Positions 51,488 to 60,683 of a DNA stretch of 64,000 nt are shown here, piece by piece. The notes below the pieces were generated by a model that worked only from the letters and a program-made list of their open reading frames with translations, did not search any database and was not told the origin of the DNA. Source of the stretch: an uncultured Chlamydiae bacterium (lineage in GTDB: Bacteria; Chlamydiota; Chlamydiia; Chlamydiales; Parachlamydiaceae); contig CAWHMU010000047.1 in assembly GCA_963830365.1 (NCBI GenBank), positions 25,960 through 89,959 on the forward strand. Direction: 5' to 3'. A program made the translations under genes and the position numbers. Every line of letters starts with the position of its first letter. The first letter of the stretch is position 1.

Positions 51488-51817
51488 TATACCATGATCG
51501 TAAGCCACCCAATATTAGCAATATGGGGCGGCTTACGATCATGCCACCCCGGGGCTTTGGCGCGTCCAATATGTCAAATTCTCGGCTCATCACACAAATG
51601 AGTATCTATGAGGTTTTCCCGACCTTCTCTGTGACTCTGTGTCTCGGTGGTGAAATCTGCTTGCTGGTGGTATGGTATTATTAATCAATGTGTTAAGAAA
51701 AGCTTCACCACCGAGACACAGAGGCACAGAGAAGGAAAATGGAGCTTGCTCTTTAAGGTATTGTTAATTAGGTACTCATTTGTGTGATGAACCAAATTCT
51801 CACTAGATCATGGTATA
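51488..51817. mobile_element. Family E element interrupted by a MITE
   Basis: TATACCATGATC... ...GTCCAATATGTCAAATTCTC[insertion]AAATTCTCACTAGATCATGGTATA. Confidence 0.8.
51584..51793. mobile_element. 210-bp MITE (M1), TIR GG(C/T)TCATCACACAAATGAGTA, 8-bp TSD AAATTCTC
   Basis: TSD at 51576-51583 and 51794-51801; carries a family A palindrome. Confidence 0.9.
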
Positions 51818-51828
51818 GAGCTTAAAGT

Positions 51829-52376
51829 GGGTCATCACACAAATGAGTGGTTGACAGAGCTAACATCTCAAAAACGCATAATGTAGGCTTTGGCTGAACG
51901 GTTTGAGGTCAGGCTTGCGATTTGCGATTTGAAAGGTTCATCACGCAAATGAGTACCTAATTAACAAAACCCTAAGAGCAATCTCCATTTTTCTTCTCTG
52001 TGCCTCTGTGTCTCGGTGGTGAAGCTTTCCGTAACACTCAGATTGATAATACTATACATCCAGCAAGCAGATTTCACCACAGAGGCACAGAGTCACAGAG
52101 AAGGCCGGGAAAACCTCATGGGTAATCATTTGCGTGATGAGCCTTAATAAATTGTCTGCTTCTCTTTTTCAACTAGTCTAAACTAGGTCCTTTTCTCCGT
52201 TCTCCTCGGTCAGGTACTCATTTGCGCGATGAGCCATTTGAAAGGAGTCGGGCATTCTAATGTATTTAGGACTTTCAAATCACAAATCACAAGCCTGACC
52301 CCAATCCTCAAAGTCCTTTCATGTCATAAGTTCTTGAGCAGTCATCTCTGTCAACCACTCGTTTGTGTGATGATCC
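51829..52376. mobile_element. MITE (M2) with 31-bp TIR GG.TCATCACACAAA.GAGTGGTTGACAGAG, interrupted
   Basis: Inverted copy at 59850-60895; carries GATTTG(C/T) heptamer palindrome; no TSD visible. Confidence 0.85.
51935..52235. mobile_element. Composite MITE (M3; includes an inverted M1 copy at 51935-52143), 8-bp TSD ATTTGAAA
   Basis: TSD at 51927-51934 and 52236-52243; single ATTTGAAA at the empty site near 59983-59990 (reverse complement). Confidence 0.88.
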
Positions 52377-52431
52377 ATTTATCTAGGTATGTTTTTAAAA
52401 TAAAACTTTACATCCATCTTCGCCCGGTAAT

Positions 52432-52552
52432 GCTGCCGATGTATGCACGGCTTTCTTCATTTTACATGTTCATTCCATGGGTTGACACCTATGGCTACAT
52501 GCTTTCGCCTCTATCGAGGCTGCGAAAAAAAACGTTCTAATCGTTTGTTACC
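52432..52552. repeat. Half family C element
   Basis: CCATGGGTTGACACCTATGGCTACATGCTTTCGCCTCTATCGAGGCT...AAAACGTTCTAATCG. Confidence 0.8.
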
Positions 52553-52641
52553 TATTTGAGATGCGCTTTGCGTTGACAAAAAGTTGGGGTAGTGCCATAA
52601 ACGGCAGCTTAAAATATATCTTGGCATATGGAGGACATACT

Positions 52642-53694
52642 ATGTGGAAAAGGCCTGCATTTTTATTTGTTTTGCTAGCTAATGTTGTTTTAAATATGTG
52701 TCAGCCTCTTTTGGCCGATGCCGACTATGCCATCGTCTTTATCCATATCGGGAAGCAATTGCCCGCCCATGCCGAGATCGCCCTGTCCCAGGCGAGGTTG
52801 TTCAACCCCGATTGTCCTATCATGCTGGTGGCCAGTGAAGAGGCCGTCATCAATTTTACCCCCCAAGACCCGGCTGCCGACACGACGATTGTTACCTGTG
52901 AATCACTAGTCAAAACGGCCGATCACGAGCGATTTATAAAAAATTCGACGTTAGATAAAAATACGCGCGCGGGCTTTTGGCTGTATACCAGCGAGCGTTT
53001 TTTCTATTTAAACGATCTGATGGTCCAGTATGGCTTAAAGAATGTATTCCACTTGGAATACGACAATATGCTTTATGTCGATCTGGCAGAGCAGTTACCT
53101 ATATTCAGGAGCCAGTATCAGGGCATTGCAGCCACTTTTGATAATGACAACCGTTGCATTGCCGGCTTTATCTATATCCCTGATGCCGAAGTGATGACAT
53201 GCCTGGCAAAATTTTTTGCCGACCGGGCCAGCCATGGGAGTGTCAGTGAAAATGATATGGTCATGTTGGCAGCTTTCCGAAAAAAATATGGAGAGGAGCT
53301 AATCGATAATCTTCCCATCATCCCGACAGAATACGTTGACGATCATGGAGTGCTGGTCAGTCCTTTTGGAGATGTCGCCAGCGATGCGCACAAATACTGC
53401 CAAAATATCGATTTGTTCCAATCTATTTTTGATGCAGCGGCTTTAGGACAGTATCTGGGTGGAATCGACCCCAGAAACGGCCCTTCAGAACCCGGTTTCA
53501 TCAACGAGAGCTGTGTCTTCAACCCATCCCAGCTCACATACGAATGGCATTTCGATGCCCAGGATAGGGGAGTTCCCTATGCCGTTTATGCAGAGAGAAA
53601 ATACCGTATCAGCAACCTGCATATCCATTCCAAACGCCTGGAGCTGTTTTCCTCAAGAGAAGACTGCCTGCTTATGGAGTTGGCAAATGATTAA
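52642..53694 (+). CDS. Secreted hypothetical protein, putative glycosyltransferase-like
   Basis: Signal peptide; IVFIHIG, FW.YTSERFF, HLEYDNMLY, ENDM, FDAAALGQYLGGIDP, NLHIHSK. Confidence 0.6.
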   Translation: MWKRPAFLFVLLANVVLNMCQPLLADADYAIVFIHIGKQLPAHAEIALSQARLFNPDCPIMLVASEEAVINFTPQDPAADTTIVTCESLVKTADHERFIKNSTLDKNTRAGFWLYTSERFFYLNDLMVQYGLKNVFHLEYDNMLYVDLAEQLPIFRSQYQGIAATFDNDNRCIAGFIYIPDAEVMTCLAKFFADRASHGSVSENDMVMLAAFRKKYGEELIDNLPIIPTEYVDDHGVLVSPFGDVASDAHKYCQNIDLFQSIFDAAALGQYLGGIDPRNGPSEPGFINESCVFNPSQLTYEWHFDAQDRGVPYAVYAERKYRISNLHIHSKRLELFSSREDCLLMELAND

Positions 53695-53703
53695 GGAAAA
53701 AGT

Positions 53704-54582
53704 ATGAAGAAATTTGCATGCCTGTTGATGTTTGCTTTCTGGCTGTTTTCTGCGCCATTTTTGGAAGCTATGGATAGGAGATCAAGCGCTCCTTATATCT
53801 CTGGCGATACCTTTAGGGCTTATTGCAGGTTCAAGTATGATGAGACAACCAGGGATTTAGATCCTTCGGCTGTCAATGACGGCGACACCATCTTTGTCAA
53901 GACGGACTATGTCGATGAGTTTTTCATCCAAATTCATCCTTTCATCGATGCGTGCTATATCATTGTCAGCCATAACAGCGACTACCATGTCACAAAAAAC
54001 TTTGAGACCTACCTTGACGACAATAAGGTCATCGCCTGGTTCGGACAGAATGTGGAATCAGACCACCCGCGCATCCATCATATTCCCATCGGCCTCGCCA
54101 ACAGATATTGGGGGCATGGCAACATCGCCTTCATCGATGAAGTGCAGCAGCAGCTCCCAAAGATAGAAAAGAATATCCTCTTATACATGAATTTCACGGT
54201 GGGTAATTATTGGGCTGAAAGAAGCCTTGTCGCCGCCCTCTTCCAAAATGAGCCATACTGTCATGTGGCAGCAATGAGGGATTACCGCAGCTATCTGCGT
54301 GAACTTGCCCAGTCGGAATTTGTACTCAGTCCGCGCGGAAATGGTATGGATTGTCACCGCACCTGGGAGGCCCTGCTGATGGGGGCCATCCCGATTGTAA
54401 AGACTTCTTCGCTTGACCCTTTATACGACAAATTGCCTGTGCTCATCGTCGACGACTGGCATGAGGTCAATGAAGATTTCCTAAATGCCAAATACGATGA
54501 AATGCAAGCACAAGCATATGACATGGAAAGGGCTTATAGTGCTTATTGGCTGGATCTTATCCAAAGCTATACAAAAAAGTAA
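53704..54582 (+). CDS. Secreted exostosin (GT47)-like protein
   Basis: Signal peptide; ISGDTF, HNSD, IPIGL, FVLSPRGNGMDCHRTWEALLMGAIPIV, LPVLIVDDW. Confidence 0.7.
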   Translation: MKKFACLLMFAFWLFSAPFLEAMDRRSSAPYISGDTFRAYCRFKYDETTRDLDPSAVNDGDTIFVKTDYVDEFFIQIHPFIDACYIIVSHNSDYHVTKNFETYLDDNKVIAWFGQNVESDHPRIHHIPIGLANRYWGHGNIAFIDEVQQQLPKIEKNILLYMNFTVGNYWAERSLVAALFQNEPYCHVAAMRDYRSYLRELAQSEFVLSPRGNGMDCHRTWEALLMGAIPIVKTSSLDPLYDKLPVLIVDDWHEVNEDFLNAKYDEMQAQAYDMERAYSAYWLDLIQSYTKK

Positions 54583-54604
54583 TTCGACCCAACACCAGCT
54601 TAGC

Positions 54605-56857
54605 TTACTCTAAAATACTGTCTAATGACGTAAATTCCGCGCTCAACACAAATGCCAAAGGCAATCCTTCAAAAGCCAGCGAAAGCTCATGCAGATAAAC
54701 CATATACGCTTCCATATCATTAAGATCGTTTGGCGGCGGCTCAAGGCCGAAAAAGATCATATCGGCGTCTTTTGAAAAATGCTTCACCAGTTCCACTCTT
54801 TCCTTTAGTGGATCTGCCACAACATAAACCTCTGTTTCAAGATGCATTCTCTTGGCGATGCTCATCTGATGCAGCTGCTTTAGTTTCTCATGCCGTTCTA
54901 CCTCGGCAGCTGCTGTGGCCTTGATGCAGATGCGGCTGCGTTTGCGTGCCGTATTGCTTTGCAACATGTAACCTAACACCAACATCAGTTCGGAGTTCTT
55001 TTGAGATTGATCATCCCACCATAAATGCAAATCCTTGATGGCGGTATCGAATTTTCCGGTCTCTGGTAAAATCACAACATTTTTATGCCGCCGGTAGGCC
55101 AGCCTCAATACATTGACAAAATCTATGGATTCATCCTCTTTCCGGACCCCGCCGAAAACGATGGTATTTGGAGAAAGGGGCCCAAGGCCATGATGCTCGA
55201 TCATATTGCGCATGCCTGTAGTAACCTTTTCAGCCTCCTTGATTTTAACCAAAGCGTGAATATGTTCCTTATTATAGCGCTTGGCTAACGAGCTTGCCAG
55301 CTCTTTGCGGTTGGCCGTCGGGACTGTTCCCGGAGGCACAAAAGAAGCCATTGTCAAAAAACCCTTGCTTTGACTGATGCCTTGCGCAAATTTCAAAAGC
55401 GAGGTCGAATGCTCTTCAGACGATTTGGTAAATACCAGAAAGTGCGGCCTCCATGATTTGGAAGGGCTGTCAGAATAAGCCAGGCGGTAGATGGCAGAGC
55501 GCGAGAAATACAAAAGGATGCCATCGCGAATATCTGTCCAGCAGGCCTGCTGTTGGCGCTTTTTGACGAGGAAATATATCGTCCCCACGAGCATAAGGGA
55601 AAGTAAAGCCGTGCCGGCGTCAATCATAAGCATGATGATCAGACACAAGGCAGCTCCCGAGAGGGAGATAGCCCAGTGGACCCGGAACCGGGGGCGCCAA
55701 CTGGGGTTGGCCATCAAGGTTTCAATGCCTGAGGAGAAATTGACCACTCCATAGCAAATTAAAGAAACCATCGTAAGCATCGGCGCAAGAATATTTACGC
55801 TGCCAAAATATGTGCCAAGCAAGGCAATGGCGCAGGTGGCCAGCGTGGCAATCCTAGGCTCTGACATTGGCCCAAAGGTTTTGGCGAAAATTCCGGGAGC
55901 CATGCCATCCTCGGCAATGGCTTGTAATGTTCTGGGAGCCCCTAAAAGCCCTCCAAGGGCGCTGGACAAGGTCGCCCCCCAAATGCCGACAATGATGAGC
56001 GAGGGGACGCTTGCCAGATCCTGCATAATTAAAGGATCCTGCACCAAGCGATCCATAGGTACGCGATAGGAGAGAAACAGGCTGATGGAGATATAGCAGA
56101 GATAGCCTGTCAGAATTGCGCTGATGGTGCCTATCGGCAGTGAACGGCTCGGATTGCGCAGATCTCCTGACAACGAAACACTCGATTCAACACCACACAT
56201 GGCGGGAAAAAATATTGCGAAAACCGCCCAAAATCCCAATGCGGCCGGCGTATCTGGTCTGTAGACATCCAGGGGCATCGGCGTGAGTTCCCCGCCCGTA
56301 AATAAAGATATCAAAGAGGTGATGATAGCGACAAAAATAACGAGCTGAACCTTTAAAGCCCCCCTTACGGAGGTATAGGCTAAAAGGGTCAGTACAGTTA
56401 AAGTGCCAACGCCGATATTGGCGATTGACCATGAGGGAATCAGATCATGCAGCGATTCGGCAAAACCGATGCAGCAAAAGGCAATCGATAGCGACTGGCG
56501 GAAAAACATCGGGATGCCGACAGCGGCGCCGGCTTCTATGCCGAGCGAGCGCGATAACATGTAATAGACACCGCCTTTGCCCACTTCAGTATTTGTAGAA
56601 ATGGCCGACATCGACAGTGTGGTGACTAGTGCCACAAGTCCCGCCAGTGTAATGATCACCAGCGTCTCGCTAAGCCCAACCAATCCCACAATCCAACCTA
56701 ACCGCAAGAATATAATTACGCCGAAAAGCATCAATATACACGGAACAAACACACCTAAAAATGTGCCGAATTTTTGACTGGCAACGCCATCTGTTTCAAT
56801 ATTGGATGATCTTTTTTTAAACGGTAGAATATGTTGTAAGGTGGAAATAAGGCTCAT
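54605..56857 (-). CDS. Cation-chloride cotransporter (SLC12)-like APC permease
   Basis: FGTFLGVFVP..L..FGVIIFLRLGWIVG, GGVYYMLSRSLG, FFPA..G, SGDL..P, PSWRPRF, KSWRPHFLV, GLGPLSPNT. Confidence 0.85.
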   Translation of the reverse strand: MSLISTLQHILPFKKRSSNIETDGVASQKFGTFLGVFVPCILMLFGVIIFLRLGWIVGLVGLSETLVIITLAGLVALVTTLSMSAISTNTEVGKGGVYYMLSRSLGIEAGAAVGIPMFFRQSLSIAFCCIGFAESLHDLIPSWSIANIGVGTLTVLTLLAYTSVRGALKVQLVIFVAIITSLISLFTGGELTPMPLDVYRPDTPAALGFWAVFAIFFPAMCGVESSVSLSGDLRNPSRSLPIGTISAILTGYLCYISISLFLSYRVPMDRLVQDPLIMQDLASVPSLIIVGIWGATLSSALGGLLGAPRTLQAIAEDGMAPGIFAKTFGPMSEPRIATLATCAIALLGTYFGSVNILAPMLTMVSLICYGVVNFSSGIETLMANPSWRPRFRVHWAISLSGAALCLIIMLMIDAGTALLSLMLVGTIYFLVKKRQQQACWTDIRDGILLYFSRSAIYRLAYSDSPSKSWRPHFLVFTKSSEEHSTSLLKFAQGISQSKGFLTMASFVPPGTVPTANRKELASSLAKRYNKEHIHALVKIKEAEKVTTGMRNMIEHHGLGPLSPNTIVFGGVRKEDESIDFVNVLRLAYRRHKNVVILPETGKFDTAIKDLHLWWDDQSQKNSELMLVLGYMLQSNTARKRSRICIKATAAAEVERHEKLKQLHQMSIAKRMHLETEVYVVADPLKERVELVKHFSKDADMIFFGLEPPPNDLNDMEAYMVYLHELSLAFEGLPLAFVLSAEFTSLDSILE

Positions 56858-57084
56858 AGCATCCTTTGGTCAGAATTAAGACGGTATTCTATAATAACCC
56901 CCCGTATTAAGCAAATTCTTAAAGGGCGTGGCCCTTAGCAAATCCGGGTATATAAAGGAAAAACAAGGGGGTTGCTTTACTTGTTTGTGTGGGGACGTTT
57001 GAATTTTTTAATGAGGTTTTCTTGAAAACAACTCCCAATTATAATTCAATATTTTATAAAAATCAAGTTTAAAAGTACCTTTTT

Positions 57085-58230
57085 TCATAAGGAAGTTGTT
57101 AGGCATGTTTGCAGTTTGAATTCATTGATAGAATCTCTTACCACCTCCCGTAAGGATCCGGTTTCGTGGAATACATGGCGTTGGCGTTTGGCACCATTTC
57201 CATTGGCGATGATATGTCTGATATATTGCAATTCTGCATGGCAGTTGAGGCTTTTTGCTGTAGGGGAAAGTTGTTCGATAAGTTGGAAGATAGCTTCTGA
57301 AAGCTTTTGCTTTTGTCCCCATGCATCGACAGTAATTATTCCTTCTAATCCATCACGAGCTGCAATCCATTGGTTTTCCGGCGCAATCCAATGCTGTTCC
57401 TTGCTCCATCGCCATTCAGAATCATCAGTTTGTGTGTTTTGGCTTAGAAAAACGACCAAGCATTGAATCAATGCCACTAATGCCATGGTTTCGTCCAGCT
57501 TTGGTGTGGCATCACAGATGCGGAATTCAATGGTGCCATATTCCAAATTTGGACGAATATACCAATACAAATCCTTTATCGTACGGATGGCTCCGGCGCG
57601 CCCTAGTGTGCTGCAATAATGCTCAATTTCGCTCCAAGTCTTGAAGTATGGCGGAATTCCGGCAAATGGAAATGATTCCATGATATTGATCCTGCTTGAC
57701 TGCATACCGGTGTCCAATTCTTGCCAAAATGGCGAGTTGGCTGAAAGGGCCAACAAGTGTGGTAAGTAGCGAATTGCCGCGTTTGATACTGCTAAGGCTT
57801 GATTTCCACTTTCCATGCCGATATGTACATGTAAGCCATATACATTCATTCTTCTAACGAGCCATTGATATTTTTGCAGCAGATTCTGGTAACGGTTAGT
57901 ACTGGAAATTAATCGATCGCTCCAGCGTTGGAATGGATGAGTTCCAGAGACAGCAACATCCAGGCCAAGTTCATCCGCCGCCTTGGAGAGGCCCTGAATT
58001 CTGGATCTTAGGAATTCCCGACATTGCGTCACGTCAGCGGAGATTTCCGAATCTACTTCAAGCATTGATTGATGGATTTCTGCCTTAACCCTGTCAAGAC
58101 CGATTGATTGACATTTTTCTAAAAGCAACTCCGATTTTGGTGTGAGATCCAGCGTGTCAGGATCCAAGATCTGTAATTCAATTTCAACACCGATGGTGGG
58201 CTTGGCTGATCCGATAAAGTCTAACTGCAT
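57085..58230 (-). CDS. YbdK-family carboxylate-amine ligase (GCS2)
   Basis: TIGVEIELQI, GTHPF, GLHVHIG, LLALSANSPFW, YIRP...GTIEFRICD. Confidence 0.9.
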   Translation of the reverse strand: MQLDFIGSAKPTIGVEIELQILDPDTLDLTPKSELLLEKCQSIGLDRVKAEIHQSMLEVDSEISADVTQCREFLRSRIQGLSKAADELGLDVAVSGTHPFQRWSDRLISSTNRYQNLLQKYQWLVRRMNVYGLHVHIGMESGNQALAVSNAAIRYLPHLLALSANSPFWQELDTGMQSSRINIMESFPFAGIPPYFKTWSEIEHYCSTLGRAGAIRTIKDLYWYIRPNLEYGTIEFRICDATPKLDETMALVALIQCLVVFLSQNTQTDDSEWRWSKEQHWIAPENQWIAARDGLEGIITVDAWGQKQKLSEAIFQLIEQLSPTAKSLNCHAELQYIRHIIANGNGAKRQRHVFHETGSLREVVRDSINEFKLQTCLTTSL

Positions 58231-58254
58231 CAAATTCTCACTAGGTCATGGTAT
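58230..58254. repeat. Solo family E end
   Basis: CAAATTCTCACTAGGTCATGGTATA, abutting the ybdK-like start codon. Confidence 0.75.
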
Positions 58255-58655
58255 AATGTCGAATGATAAGTTTTGTGTCTTAGCAGATTGTATCTTAGCA
58301 GATCATTGAGTGTGGGGCAATAAAAACTGTAGGGGCATCGTGATGCCACAGGTGTCGCTTTATGAAGGTACTGCCCGCCTAGGGCTCACCTCTTGCCGAT
58401 AGGGTGCTGCCGCTATAGCGGCGATGAAGGTGTGTCAAATAAAAGGGGCCGGCCGCTTTTACTTTTGCACGCCCGGCTCCTTTTACCCGGCCCCTTTCAT
58501 TAGCAAGATGTCTAAGAGGAGCAAGGGTTTGCACATCATGCAAAGATAAAAATATTGTAGTCAAATATTAAATTGTATAATTTGAGATAATATAGATATT
58601 TTTAATCAAACGCCATTTATGCCAAACATGTATTTAATATAAATTAGGAGAGAAT

Positions 58656-59753
58656 ATGCAACCGGGAATCCTCAATAACATATTAAAAAGCGCTCTTGCC
58701 GTCTTTGCCATAGCTGCCACGGTAGCGCAGCCGATTGAGGCATGTACCAGGGCGTTGTTTACGGGCACTGACGGTGTGGTCATTACCGGAAGATCGATGG
58801 ACTGGGTCGAAGATATGCACTCGGATCTTTGGGTGTTTCCGAAGGGGCTTAAACGCGATGGTGCTGCCGGGCCTAAGTCAGTCTCCTGGACGTCCAAATA
58901 TGGCAGTCTTATTGTGGCCGGCTATAATGCGGGAACGGCCGATGGCATAAACGAGAAGGGGTTGGTAGCTAATTTATTGTATCTTACGGAATCTGATTAC
59001 GGTAAGCCTGGCAGTCAAACACCGTTGTTATCAATCAGCCTATGGGCGCAGTATGCGCTTGATAACTTCGCCACGGTTTCAGAAGCAGTTGATACCTTGC
59101 GTCAAGAACCCTTCATCGTGCTGGCACCGACCTTACCGAACGGCTCGCCGGCCCAACTGCATCTATCGATTTCCGATGCCAGCGGCGATTCGGCCATTTT
59201 CGAATATATTGGCGGAAAGCTAGTCATTCACCATGGAAAACAGTATCAGGTGATGACGAATTCGCCAACCTTCGACAAACAGCTTGCCCTTAATGCATAC
59301 TGGCAAGAGATTGGCGGTCTGAAATTCCTTCCTGGAACCAACAGGGCGGCAGATCGTTTTGCACGGGCCTCGTTCCTTATTGGCGCCATACCCAAAGAAG
59401 CCGACGCGCACTACATATCTGCCGTACCTCAGAAAGATTTTGCTAATCAAGCGGTAGCCAGTGTGATAGGAGTCATTCGCAGTGTCAGCGTGCCGCTCGG
59501 GATCTCGACCCCGCATGAACCCAATATCGCATCGACACTTTGGCGCACAGCCTCTGATCAAAAGAACAAAGTCTATTACTTTGATTCGGCGACTAGTCCA
59601 AATACTTTCTGGGTGCCGCTGGCAGATCTGGATTTCAAGGAAGGGGCTCCCATAAAGAAGCTCACAGCTTCAGGAGGAAAGATTTATTCCGGTAATGCGT
59701 CGCTTAGTTTCGAAGCGGCACAGCCCTTTATTTTCCTTCCTGCCAAGGCGTAA
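58656..59753 (+). CDS. Choloylglycine hydrolase/penicillin V acylase-family Ntn hydrolase with signal peptide
   Basis: IEA|CTR nucleophile, GRSMDW, DGINEKGL, MTNSP, PG...A.DRF.RA, T.WRT. Confidence 0.9.
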   Translation: MQPGILNNILKSALAVFAIAATVAQPIEACTRALFTGTDGVVITGRSMDWVEDMHSDLWVFPKGLKRDGAAGPKSVSWTSKYGSLIVAGYNAGTADGINEKGLVANLLYLTESDYGKPGSQTPLLSISLWAQYALDNFATVSEAVDTLRQEPFIVLAPTLPNGSPAQLHLSISDASGDSAIFEYIGGKLVIHHGKQYQVMTNSPTFDKQLALNAYWQEIGGLKFLPGTNRAADRFARASFLIGAIPKEADAHYISAVPQKDFANQAVASVIGVIRSVSVPLGISTPHEPNIASTLWRTASDQKNKVYYFDSATSPNTFWVPLADLDFKEGAPIKKLTASGGKIYSGNASLSFEAAQPFIFLPAKA

Positions 59754-60144
59754 TCTAGTAGCGGCAGTAGCCAGGCCGGCATGGGGGTAATCTGTACTGA
59801 TTTGTGTATACCACGTGGCTTTCGCACCGCAGAAATGCGAACAAACTAGGGTTCATCACACAAATGAGTGGTTGACAGAGATGACTACTCAAGAATTTAT
59901 GACGTGAAAGGGCTTTGAGGGGTGGGGTCAGGCTTGTGATTTGTGATTTGAAAGTCCTAAATACATTAGAAAGCCCGACTCCTTTCAAATCGCAAATCGC
60001 AAGCCTGACCTCAATCCGTTCAGCCAAACCCTACATTATGAGTTTTTGAGGTTCATCCGGTTTTATAGGACCCACCTAAGAAAAGGATGCGTAGAAATGG
60101 GGAAATGTAAGTAACACATCGGAGCAAAAATAACAGGATATTAG

Positions 60145-60683
60145 GGTTCATCGCACAAATGAGTACCTGCCCATGATGATTCGTCAAAAAGCCTTAGTAA
60201 TTGATGGTTGAAATATGAGAAGTAATGATCTATTTGTAATGTTCTCTTTGAAACAAATCGGCATTCTAGCTCAGAAGGTCTAATTAGCCTCGATAGAGGC
60301 GGCAGCATGTAGCCATAGGTGTCAACCTATGGAATAAAATGTAGTATAAAGAGAGCCATGAATACGGCGACAGCAATTTCGATGGAAGCTGAATTAGATG
60401 CGATTATAATACCATCTAATATCCTTTAGTCATTGCTGCCGCCGTATTCACGGCGTTGTTTCTAAACATGCGATGACCACACGCTGACGCATGTGGCTAC
60501 ATGCTGCCGCCTCTATCGAGGCTGTAAAAATGTTCTCATGGCTTGTGCCCTATCTCTTGTATGGCAGTGCCAACTCAAATCCTTCCTTCACAGGGTCGCA
60601 CGCGCAATTTGCCATTATGTATGATTTATTTAACATCCTCCATTAGTTTACATATGGGGAGGTACGCGATTGTGCGATGAACC
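60145..60683. mobile_element. MITE M5, TIR GGTTCATCGCACAA, 8-bp TSD GATATTAG
   Basis: TSD at 60137-60144 and 60684-60691; removing it restores the M4 palindrome arm. Confidence 0.88.
60286..60523. repeat. Family C hairpin element inside M5
   Basis: AGCCTCGATAGAGGCGGCAGCATGTAGCC...GGCTACATGCTGCCGCCTCTATCGAGGCT. Confidence 0.9.

Noticed and set aside
52229..52540. ORF similar to ORF 59755-60027 (LKGVG.SNVFRTFKSQITSLTP)
   Set aside because: The similarity arises only because both overlap copies of MITE M2; there are no transposase motifs, and the frames differ outside the repeat.
51488..52552. Possible CRISPR array (recurring TCATCAC.CAAATGAGT units)
   Set aside because: The units alternate in orientation, spacing is irregular, TSDs are present and no cas genes are seen; they are MITE termini.
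58379..58510. GC-rich hairpin as a riboswitch or ncRNA
   Set aside because: No recognisable aptamer consensus; cannot be supported without an Rfam search.
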